This document shows, one piece after another, positions 33,245-42,025 of a DNA stretch of 54,903 nt; the first letter of the stretch is position 1; every line of letters begins with the position of its first letter. The DNA comes from Chrysochromulina tobinii (taxonomy: Eukaryota): the NCBI GenBank assembly GCA_001275005.1, contig JWZX01003338.1:1-54903 (forward strand). The letters are read 5' to 3'. The notes below the pieces were generated by a model. It made no database searches, was not told the DNA's origin, and saw only the letters and a list, made by a program, of their open reading frames with translations. The translations under genes were made by a program, and so were the position numbers.

Positions 33245-33522
33245 ACGCCGCCAGCGCGCGCGCAAGCTCCGCGTCTCATATGGGGTCATGTAAGGTGTGT
33301 GTATTATGAGCGGGCAGTCGAACAGTGGACCGTAACACCGGTTGTCGCGTCTGTCATGGTCTTCAAATTCCCCCACCGCAATTCAGGGGGTCCTGCCAAT
33401 GTGTAGGTAGCTTGGTAAGTTACAACTCTCTCTCTGTCATGGTCTGTCGTGTTATCGTTCACATACTCGTGTACCTTCCACGTAGCACCGTTTGTCGCGT
33501 CTGTCGTGTTAACGTTTACATG
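33245..33522 (+). repeat. Dispersed repeat copy 2, interrupted by a 65-nt insertion and with a duplicated 3' part
   Basis: Aligns to 21036-21157; the ctgtcgtgtta(t/a)cgtt(c/t)acat block occurs twice (near 33444 and 33501). Confidence 0.85.
33361..33432 (+). mobile_element. Short retroelement-like insertion (probable 5'-truncated LINE/SINE 3' end) with a CT tail and target-site duplication
   Basis: The 65 nt are identical to the reverse complement of 48621-48685, and are flanked by TCTGTCATGGTCT at 33350-33362 and 33433-33445. Confidence 0.7.
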
Positions 33523-33534
33523 TCACACATAACG

Positions 33535-34437
33535 ATGCAAAGCTCGCACCAGAGCTCCCAGAGCTGCATCGCAGGCGGCTGGGGCGACTACCACGACACT
33601 GTGTGGGGCACCCCGATTACTGACAGCACCGAGCTCTTCGGCCAGCTCATGCTCTGCACTCAGCAGTGCGGCATCTCGTGGAACATCGTCTGGAACAAGC
33701 GCCATCACTATAGGCAGGCATTCCATGGGTGGAATATGGCTCGAGTGGCTGCAATGACGGAGGCGGAGATGGACGCGCTGTGTGATAAGGAGGGGCCATG
33801 GGCGGGAAAGGTCATCCAAAATCGCGCCAAGCTCTCCGCGATCATCCACAACGCGCGGCAGTGCCTCGTCATCCACCGAAACACGGCCGGAGGGCTGGCT
33901 GCCTTTCTGTGGCGCTTCGTCGCCGCGCCCGAATCGGAGTCTCCCTTCGCCGTGCGCCTTGCCGGGCTCGCCGAACCCATGGCGGTGACGCCAGACGCAA
34001 TCAACGCGTTTACCGATTGCGAATGCGCAAGCTACTTGCACGCGTTTGGTGCAACGAGTGCGGTCTCGGACCGCCTTTCCGCTGAGATCAAGGGCAAGGG
34101 CCCGAAGCGCGAAGGCGGGATCGCGTACGAGCCGTTCAAGTTCCTTGGGAGCACCACGATCCAGGCCTTCCTGTTGCAGAATGGGCTGCTCAATGGCCAC
34201 GGGCCGCAGTGCGCCAAGAATCCTCGCGCGGGTCCGCTTGGCGCATATGGAGCTCAACATGGCGGGACGTCCTCGCCGCCGTCGTCGAGCGACGACCGAC
34301 GGCCGCCCGCGACGAGAGCGCTTTGTGATACGATGATGGTAGCGACCACGAGAGCTTTGCGCAAGCGTGCACGCGGGGCCGCAGGCAGCGAACACGAGGC
34401 AGACGTCAGTACGAGGACGGCGGCGGTGAGTGAGTGA
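33535..34437 (+). CDS. DNA-3-methyladenine glycosylase I (Tag) family protein
   Basis: Motifs YHDTVWGTP, LFGQLML.TQQCGISW, KRHHYRQAF, VIQNRAKLSAIIHNAR, FKFLGSTTIQAFL and NGHGPQC. Confidence 0.88.
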   Translation: MQSSHQSSQSCIAGGWGDYHDTVWGTPITDSTELFGQLMLCTQQCGISWNIVWNKRHHYRQAFHGWNMARVAAMTEAEMDALCDKEGPWAGKVIQNRAKLSAIIHNARQCLVIHRNTAGGLAAFLWRFVAAPESESPFAVRLAGLAEPMAVTPDAINAFTDCECASYLHAFGATSAVSDRLSAEIKGKGPKREGGIAYEPFKFLGSTTIQAFLLQNGLLNGHGPQCAKNPRAGPLGAYGAQHGGTSSPPSSSDDRRPPATRALCDTMMVATTRALRKRARGAAGSEHEADVSTRTAAVSE

Positions 34438-34616
34438 GCGAGTGCGTGAGTGAGTGGGGCGGGAAGGAGCCTGTTCACACTCTTTTCACAACATAGATTC
34501 GGCGCTGTTGAGCTGCCGTAATTGTAGCCGGCCGGCCGAACCGAGCTGAGGCGGCTCGACTGACCGCGCAGCTGCACCTGCCCTGAGGGGCGCTCGGCAT
34601 CCAATCATCTCCCAAC

Positions 34617-37600
34617 ATGATGAAAAAGGAGTTGGAGGAGATCACAGCGCGAATCGAGGCGACGCTGACACACTACGAGATGATGGAGGAGAATGGTGCT
34701 GACCGCTGGTCCGGCATGCGACGGGACGATCAGGTGGACGCGACACTCGCACAGCTGGCCGAGCACGGGCGAGAGCGTGTCGACGTCGTGCTTATCGCGT
34801 TGCGCGAGGTTGCGACCGAGCGCCAGATGGTTCTGAATGAGCTGCGTGCCCAGCTCGAGGCAGCAAGGTCGGCTGACGACACTGGCCGCGGGCGTGCCGA
34901 CAGCGACGAGAGTGAGGACGCGTCTGCAATGGAGGAGGCGCGGCTGTTCGAGAAGCTTGACCGCCTCGAGGCGATCCAGAGACGCATCCAGACGGCGGGC
35001 GAGCGTCTGCTCGAGTACCAGCGCAAGTCGCAGTCGCAGGCGCTTCTCACCTCGCTGCAGGAGGAAGTGGCGAACCAAAAGGGGCGCCTCGAGAAGTTGA
35101 TGGCGGAGGCGACGGAGCGCGCGGCTCAGCTCGAGGCCAAGACGAGCGCACTCGAGGCCAGCGAGTACGAGGTGGGTCGTCTCACTTTGGATCTGAGAGA
35201 GGTCAAGGAGCGGGCGGCCAAGGCGGGCAAAGAGAAGGAGAGCGAGAAGCTCGAAAAGGAAAAGGCCGAGCGCGAGGCTCTCGAGGCGGCGCAGAAGGAG
35301 CGCGACGTGCTCCAGAAGCTGTGCAACAAGCTCAAGGCCGAGCGCGACGAGCTCAAGGGGCAGCTCGACTCAATCTCGATCTCGATCTCGGAGGCCACCT
35401 CTCCGAGCCCACCTCGACCGGTTTCGTGCGACCACGCGTTCTCGTATGAGTGGGCCCTCGAGAGCTCAGAGGGCTTCGGGCGCCACGTCGAGGAGCTGCG
35501 GGAGCTCGGCCGCTCGCTCGGCGCCCAGCTGCGGGAGCACGCAGCGCTGACCATTGAATCCGAGGAATCGCTCACCACGGCGCTTGCCAGTGGCTTCGAT
35601 GCGGCGGCTCGCGCGCACACTGCGATCGTCGCGGCCGTCGAAGCTGAGCGTGACGAGCTCAAGGCACAGCTGGCCACGCGCCCGGCGAGTGCGCCGAGAG
35701 CCGGTGACGACCCACCGCCGTCGACACCCCATTCCTCGCGGCCTGGCTCTGCAGGGGCCCAGCCGCCGAACTTTCGCGCCTCGAAGATGGCGCGTGCGGT
35801 CAGCTTGCTCAAGGCGGACTCGATGCGTGCTTCGGCGCGCGGCAGCGCGGGCCTCGAGTCCGAGCTGCAACGCACGCAGTATGCGCTGATCAGCGCGAAG
35901 CAGGAGCTCCAGCAGGAGCTGACGAAACTTGACGAAGCCCGCGCCAGCCTGCTCGAGGCGAGGCAGCAGCTCGCTGAGTTGAGCGCGATGGCCGACGAGC
36001 AGCGCGCTGCGGCCGCTGCGGACCTCGAGGCTGCGCAGGCAGCCATCAAGCAGGCGATCGCCGACGCGGCTGCCGCGCGCAAGCAGGCGTCGGCCAACGA
36101 GCAGGGCGACGCGCACACAGCCGAGGACGCCGCCGCGGCCGCCGCGGCGGTTGCACAGGCACGGCTGGAGGCGGAGCGGCTTGAGCAGGCGCTGACCCAT
36201 GCAGAGGCGCAGGCGCGAGAGGCCCGCAGGCAGGCAGAGGCGGAGCGGGCCGCCAAGCTCGCTGCACTCGACGGCCGGATGGAGGCGACGCTCGTGCCGC
36301 AGCCGGAAGGTGCGCTCAGTACGGCGCTCGACCCGGAGGCCGCGTCGGCGCTGGCGCTGCTGCACAAGGCGCGTTCGGGCCAGTTCACGGACAAGCTGCA
36401 GCAGGCGCAGCGCATCAAACGGCTCGAGGAGGCGCACGCGGCAGCATTGGCCGAGCTCAAAGAGGAATCGAACGAGCTTGAGCGCAGCGCACAGGCCGAG
36501 TGGTGGGTGGCGGCCATCTGCAAGCGAGCCCTGAGCGCCGAGCTCAAGAGCTGCGAGGCGCTCGTGCTCACAACGGCGCTCGCGCAGCAGGGCGGCGGGG
36601 CGGCGGCTGCAGCTGCCGAGGCGGCCAAGTCGAGGGCCGAAGCCGCCGAGGCCGAGAGCGTAACGGCCAAGCAGGCGGCTGACGAGGCGTGGAAGGCGGC
36701 TCGGTTACTCGAGGGCGAGCTCGAGGCGGCAAACGCGCGCTGGGGCAAGCTGCAAGAGCAGCTCAAGGCTCAGGCCCTCGAGAAGGCGCAGCTGGCGAAG
36801 CAGCTCGACGAGGCGGGCGAGCTCCAGAAGGCGCTCGAGGCGCAGCGCGACGACCTCACGCGCACGCGCGACGAGCAAAAGGCAGTGCTGCGCAAGCTTG
36901 AGGAGGAAAAGGAGCGCGCGGGGGGCGAGCAGCTCGTGAACGCTCGTGCTGAGCTCGAGCGGCTGCGCAAGGCGAGCAGCGCCGAGCGCAAGGCGAGCGC
37001 GGAGCAGCTAGCCCAACTGAACGTGCAGCACGCGCTCGAGTTGTCAGAGGCGCAGAAGGCGAGCGCGGCGGCGCTTGCAAACGCCGACGAGCGGATCGAG
37101 CGTGCGGTGGCCGCGCGCATGAGGATGCTCGACGACCAGATGGCAGCCGAGGCGGCCGTGCACGAGGCGCTCACCCGTGAGCTGGCGGCTGCCGACACGG
37201 CGCGCCACGTGGCGGAGGATGCTCTCGAGGACGCTCGCCAAGCAGCCGCTGAGGAGCGTCTGGCGCTGCAGGAGGCGATGCTCTCGCTCGACGCGGCGCA
37301 CGAGGCGAAGCTCATGAGTGCGACCCACGCGCTGCAAGTCTCGAGCGAGGTGCCACTCGCCGATGCGAAGCGAGCGGCGCGGAAGGCGGCCACGCGCATC
37401 GGCGCGCTGGAGGCAGAGCTCGAGCAGCTCAAGACAGCGCTCATGACGAGCCTGCTGCCGCCCACTGCGAACGCCACCTTCCTCACTGAGAGCGATCCGC
37501 CGATCGTCATCGACCCGCCCGTCGCCTCAGCCCCGCCCATGGGCGGTTCCCCCATCGTGGGCTCCGTCGGCGGGCTCGGTCGGTCGCTCGATGGGTTTGC

Positions 37601-39326
37601 AAGCACCGTCGAGGACGACGGCTGGGGCGACGTGCCGCCGCCGCCTCAAGGGAGCTATGCGTCGGGTCAGGGCAGCAACACGGCGAGTGGCGTGTACGAC
37701 GGGCGCGACGAGCGGCCACGCTGGCGCCCATCGGGCCAGCTACCGCTCGAGATGCCCGCCGCTGTCGCGCTGCTCGAGCGCACGCAGCGCCAGCTCCTCG
37801 AGGTGTCCGATCTCATGGTCTACGAGCGAGGCGTCCTCTTGGGCAGCGCCGTCGCGGGCGTCGCCGCCGCGGCTGCCAATGCCGCGGCTAAGGCGGACGC
37901 TCTCGAGCAGCTGAGCTCAGTGAGTGCGGTAGGGGCCACCGCGGCGGGGGCGGCACCTCCTGCACCTCCGGGCTCGCGCGGCGGCTTCGCCAGTTTGAGC
38001 GTCGCGAGTGCGGTAGGTGCGGGGGCGCGGGTGGCGTGGCTGCTGCGTGAGGGCATTGGACACACGGATGCGTTTGGCATCCGCGGCGCTGTGCGCCCAG
38101 CCACCAAACCGCTCGACACAGCGCAGCTGCAAAGGGTGCTGCGCGCCCTGTTTGCCCAGCAGCGCGCGCTCAGCTCCCAGGCGGCGCTTGGGAATTGGGA
38201 GCTGCTCGGCGCCATGGCCCTGCTCAGGCCGCGCCAGAAGCGGCTGCAGGCACTGCACGCGAGCCTTCTTGCCGAGCTCCGAGGCGAGGGCGGGGGCGAG
38301 GCGGCCGGCACTGGCAACCCTGACGCGGCACTGGCACCAGCATCAGCACGCATCGCACTCACGGATCGTCGGCGCGCAGAGCTCGATGCGCAGCTCCCTC
38401 GCATCGCCGCACTCGCGTCACAGCGCGAACAGCAACGCGAGTGGTGCGCCCAGGTCTGGGTGCTGCGTCGGCAGGCCGTCAGGGCCGTGGGTGCGCGTGT
38501 GATGAGCCAGGCCGTCTATGCTCTCACGAAGCTCACCGACGCGGCCAATGTGCAGCCTGTGGGCGCAGGGCTGCTTTCGAGGCCTGGCTCGGCCGCTCGC
38601 GCGTCCTCGGCACGCGCCGCGGCCTCCCCGCGACTGAAAAAGCGCGACGCGCTGGCCGCGGCCATCTTCGCCGACCCGCCCGTGCTCCCGTTTGTGCTCC
38701 CTGCCGACGGGGGCGAGTTTGGCTCCCTCGCGCACGGGCTGGAGTCCTTGGGCGCCAAGGACGGCTTTGCCACTCGAACGCACTCGGTCGTAGTCCAAGG
38801 CACCCAATCCGAAGCTCTGCGGCGCAACTCTCCGAGCCGCAACGGAGGCGGCACCGACGACGAGGCGCTCGCTGGGCTCTTCGGCGGCGCTGCGGAGGTG
38901 TGGGGCAAAGGGGAGGGTCTCAAGACCGAGGTCATGCAGCGCATCTGCGTGGCAGCCCAACACTGGCCGACCGACTTTGGGCGTCTGGGCGCGCGGCTAC
39001 AACGGCAGGTGATCGCCGAGGCGGTGCAATACTGCCTGACGGGCGCCACGCACCATGCCCAGTTGCTCGGGCGTGAACCCATGGCAGAGAGCGCTCCTGC
39101 CCACGCCGCCCATCCGAACAATGATCTCCGCGCCCGAGCTCCGAGCTCTGCGCCGCCCAGATCCGCGCCTCTAGAGTCTCAAGGCACCCGGCTTGTGCGG
39201 CCGACTGTGCTGCTTGCACGACCGACCACCGCACCGCCGTCGGCCGCGCCACCCGCGCTCCCGAGCACCTTCCGCGAGAGCCGCGCGAGCGCGCGCAGCG
39301 GCGGCGGTGGTGTGAGGCGGCCGTGA
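34617..39326 (+). CDS. Large coiled-coil protein (1569 aa) of unknown function
   Basis: Uninterrupted ORF with long Ala/Glu/Leu heptad-rich stretches and several RPxSA/RPxTA motifs. Confidence 0.8.
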   Translation: MMKKELEEITARIEATLTHYEMMEENGADRWSGMRRDDQVDATLAQLAEHGRERVDVVLIALREVATERQMVLNELRAQLEAARSADDTGRGRADSDESEDASAMEEARLFEKLDRLEAIQRRIQTAGERLLEYQRKSQSQALLTSLQEEVANQKGRLEKLMAEATERAAQLEAKTSALEASEYEVGRLTLDLREVKERAAKAGKEKESEKLEKEKAEREALEAAQKERDVLQKLCNKLKAERDELKGQLDSISISISEATSPSPPRPVSCDHAFSYEWALESSEGFGRHVEELRELGRSLGAQLREHAALTIESEESLTTALASGFDAAARAHTAIVAAVEAERDELKAQLATRPASAPRAGDDPPPSTPHSSRPGSAGAQPPNFRASKMARAVSLLKADSMRASARGSAGLESELQRTQYALISAKQELQQELTKLDEARASLLEARQQLAELSAMADEQRAAAAADLEAAQAAIKQAIADAAAARKQASANEQGDAHTAEDAAAAAAAVAQARLEAERLEQALTHAEAQAREARRQAEAERAAKLAALDGRMEATLVPQPEGALSTALDPEAASALALLHKARSGQFTDKLQQAQRIKRLEEAHAAALAELKEESNELERSAQAEWWVAAICKRALSAELKSCEALVLTTALAQQGGGAAAAAAEAAKSRAEAAEAESVTAKQAADEAWKAARLLEGELEAANARWGKLQEQLKAQALEKAQLAKQLDEAGELQKALEAQRDDLTRTRDEQKAVLRKLEEEKERAGGEQLVNARAELERLRKASSAERKASAEQLAQLNVQHALELSEAQKASAAALANADERIERAVAARMRMLDDQMAAEAAVHEALTRELAAADTARHVAEDALEDARQAAAEERLALQEAMLSLDAAHEAKLMSATHALQVSSEVPLADAKRAARKAATRIGALEAELEQLKTALMTSLLPPTANATFLTESDPPIVIDPPVASAPPMGGSPIVGSVGGLGRSLDGFASTVEDDGWGDVPPPPQGSYASGQGSNTASGVYDGRDERPRWRPSGQLPLEMPAAVALLERTQRQLLEVSDLMVYERGVLLGSAVAGVAAAAANAAAKADALEQLSSVSAVGATAAGAAPPAPPGSRGGFASLSVASAVGAGARVAWLLREGIGHTDAFGIRGAVRPATKPLDTAQLQRVLRALFAQQRALSSQAALGNWELLGAMALLRPRQKRLQALHASLLAELRGEGGGEAAGTGNPDAALAPASARIALTDRRRAELDAQLPRIAALASQREQQREWCAQVWVLRRQAVRAVGARVMSQAVYALTKLTDAANVQPVGAGLLSRPGSAARASSARAAASPRLKKRDALAAAIFADPPVLPFVLPADGGEFGSLAHGLESLGAKDGFATRTHSVVVQGTQSEALRRNSPSRNGGGTDDEALAGLFGGAAEVWGKGEGLKTEVMQRICVAAQHWPTDFGRLGARLQRQVIAEAVQYCLTGATHHAQLLGREPMAESAPAHAAHPNNDLRARAPSSAPPRSAPLESQGTRLVRPTVLLARPTTAPPSAAPPALPSTFRESRASARSGGGGVRRP

Positions 39327-39761
39327 CGCTCGCGCTAACAGCCTACAGCGCCCGCGGATGCGGCTGCCCTCTCTTAACAGCTCTCAACTGACGAGAACAA
39401 ATACGACGTTTTTTAGGTAGGACTGAGGAACTGTTTGCATAATGTATACCTACCAAAGTCGCAGCCTTTTCCCAGCGCCGCTACTAGAAGTATTAGTATA
39501 ATACTTAACTTAGTATAACACCAAACTCCAAAGTCTACTGTAAGACAAACGCGAAACGGCAGTGGGAAGAAATTACGATGAACGCGACAAATCCAGCTAG
39601 TTTTAGCGCATGGACCTCGAAGCAGAGTTCGGTTGGAAACCTGAAATAAAGTGAGTTTGTGTAGGAACTTGTGTTGAGAAAGGCAGCTCGAACGAAAGTA
39701 ACGGCAGAATTGGAGCGCACCCGGCTTGGAAGCGCTCGACTCCCGGGCTGCACGAAGCGGT

Positions 39762-41093
39762 ATGGCGTCAATCGACGTCAAAGGACTTGCATTGGGCTTC
39801 ACTTTACCGCCACGGTACGAGGCCAAGAAGATGGTCGGCAAGGGCGCTTTTGGTGTGCTCATCTCGGCCTTTGACCACGAGGAGAACGGCCCGGTGGCCA
39901 TCAAGAAGGTCTGCCTGAGCGGCGCCATGGGCTGGGACCGGCATGAGGCCAAGAGCCTGATCCGTGAGCTGAAGCTGCTCCAGCACTTTGACCACGAGAA
40001 CATTATGCGCCTGCGAGACCTGCTCGTTCCGGCGGGAATGATGCCAGCCGGCAGCAGCTGCATCATGGCGGGACCCTCATCGTCCTTCTCCGAGGTGTAC
40101 ATGGTGCAGGACCTGATGGCGACCGACTTGCACTACATCATTCAGTCGGCCGCTCGCGGCAAGCAGCCTATGACCCCGGAGCACATCCAGTACTTCACGT
40201 ACCAGCTGCTTCGGGGCCTCAAGGCCATCCACTCGGCAAGGGTGCTGCACCGCGACCTGAAGCCGTCCAACCTACTGATCAACAAGGACTGCGAGCTGCG
40301 CATCTGCGACTTTGGGCTCGCGCGCGGCGTCGACTTTGACCCAGCACACGCGGCACAACTCACCGAGTACGTTGTGACGCGATGGTACCGCGCGCCCGAG
40401 CTGCTCACTGGCAATGAGACGTACGGGCCGGCGATCGACATGTGGTCAGTCGGGTGCATCCTGGCGGAGATGCTCTCGGCGCTGCAGCCGGGCAATGTGG
40501 GCGACAAGGCGGCCCTCTTCCCGGGCACTGACGTGCTCGCCACCCTCAAGTTGATCATAGGATCGCTCGGCGCGCCATCCGACCTGAGCTTCATAGACAA
40601 CGCCAAGGCTGTCGCCTACATCCAGGCACTCAGCCGTACATTGGCGCCGCCCGTGCCGCTCGAGGCGCGCTACCCGGGCGCGCCCCCGCTTGCGCTCGAT
40701 CTGCTCAAGCGGCTGCTGCTGCTCGAGCCTTCCAAACGGCCGAACGCTGTCGAGGCGCTCGAGCACCCGTTTCTGGCCTCGTTGCATGCTTGCAATGAGG
40801 AGCCGAGCGCGCCGGCCTTCGACTTTGCATTCGAGGCGGCGTCGGACGAGGCGCTGCAGGGGCTGCTCGACGAGGAGATCCGGCGCTTCCAGCCAGACGC
40901 GCCCACCACGCCCTCGCCGCCCGCGCCCCACCCACCGCTGCTCGCGCCCTCAACCCCGGGTGGTGGCGTGCTAGACTCTCCGTTGGAGACGCAGTCGGGC
41001 GCGGCCACAGCTGCCGCTGATAAGCCCTTCGACGCGCCACGCCCCGAGACCAGAAAGCGCGGGAGCGACCAGATTGCGCGCAGCCCGGGCTGA
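39762..41093 (+). CDS. Mitogen-activated protein kinase with a TEY activation loop
   Basis: Motifs GKGAFG, VAIKK, RELKLL, HRDLKPSNLL, CDFGLAR and TEYVVTRWYRAPE. Confidence 0.95.
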   Translation: MASIDVKGLALGFTLPPRYEAKKMVGKGAFGVLISAFDHEENGPVAIKKVCLSGAMGWDRHEAKSLIRELKLLQHFDHENIMRLRDLLVPAGMMPAGSSCIMAGPSSSFSEVYMVQDLMATDLHYIIQSAARGKQPMTPEHIQYFTYQLLRGLKAIHSARVLHRDLKPSNLLINKDCELRICDFGLARGVDFDPAHAAQLTEYVVTRWYRAPELLTGNETYGPAIDMWSVGCILAEMLSALQPGNVGDKAALFPGTDVLATLKLIIGSLGAPSDLSFIDNAKAVAYIQALSRTLAPPVPLEARYPGAPPLALDLLKRLLLLEPSKRPNAVEALEHPFLASLHACNEEPSAPAFDFAFEAASDEALQGLLDEEIRRFQPDAPTTPSPPAPHPPLLAPSTPGGGVLDSPLETQSGAATAAADKPFDAPRPETRKRGSDQIARSPG

Positions 41094-42025
41094 GATGCTC
41101 GGGCGCGAGCCACAGGGCACGAAGCCGCGCGAAACAAGTTAAGACCTCTCTCGTGTGTGCGCTGTGTGAGTGTATACCGAGCCGTGACTGACGCGTGTGC
41201 GTGACTGTCCCGCGAGCTGTGAGCAGTGCCACCTCCTGCGTGCCCGGACACGGGCCTGCATGATGTGCCACTGAACCGCTATTTAATCGTCCTTGAAAAA
41301 TCGGCGCGCCCCCCGGCCGCCGTTGCCGCCGCCGGTAGCTCGGTCGGCACGCGCTCGGTCCGTCGTGGTCGGGCGCCCGCGGCCCGGGCCGCCCCGCCCG
41401 GCCCGCCCACGCGCCGCGGCCCGCCCCCCGGTCCAGAGTGACCGGCAGACCCGGGCGCGGGTCCGACCGGCCGGCGCGCGTTCTGCGAGGGGCGGCGCCG
41501 CAAAGATGCTTTTCGATTCAGCAGCCGCGCGGCGGCCCGCGCGGCCCCCAGCGGGGCTCACGAGCTTCAACATACACTCGACTCGGCACTCGGCACGTCG
41601 GAACGATACGGACGTGCGCCGCGCATCCGATTGGCCATCCGATTCTCCGCACCGCCGCGGGTCACGTGTAAGGAATAAAAACGCGGTCGCGAGCGGTCGC
41701 GATCATACGCGAACGTGGCGTGTCATACTACATACATTATAGTCATTTACTGACGCACTCAACTGAACATACGCAACAGGTAGGGGTCTCAGGGTACAGC
41801 AGGGGGATTCAGCAGGGGGGGTGTAGCGACGCGTCTAGAGGCGCGCAGGCGGACAACGAAATGCATCGATCGTCCAATTTTCCATCGCGCAACGGGTCGT
41901 CGTTTCCTGCACATCTGCCGCTGTCCGACGCCGCGGGGTCCAGCAGCCGCACCGCGCAGTTGCATCACCTGAGAGATGATCTCGGATCTCCACCACACCG
42001 CGTGCTCCACACTGAGAGCGCGTGC

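Noticed and set aside
33325..33534. 70-aa N-terminal extension of the Tag-like ORF
   Set aside because: It is translated repeat and insertion sequence; family similarity begins after ATG 33535 (an ATG at 33520 is also possible).
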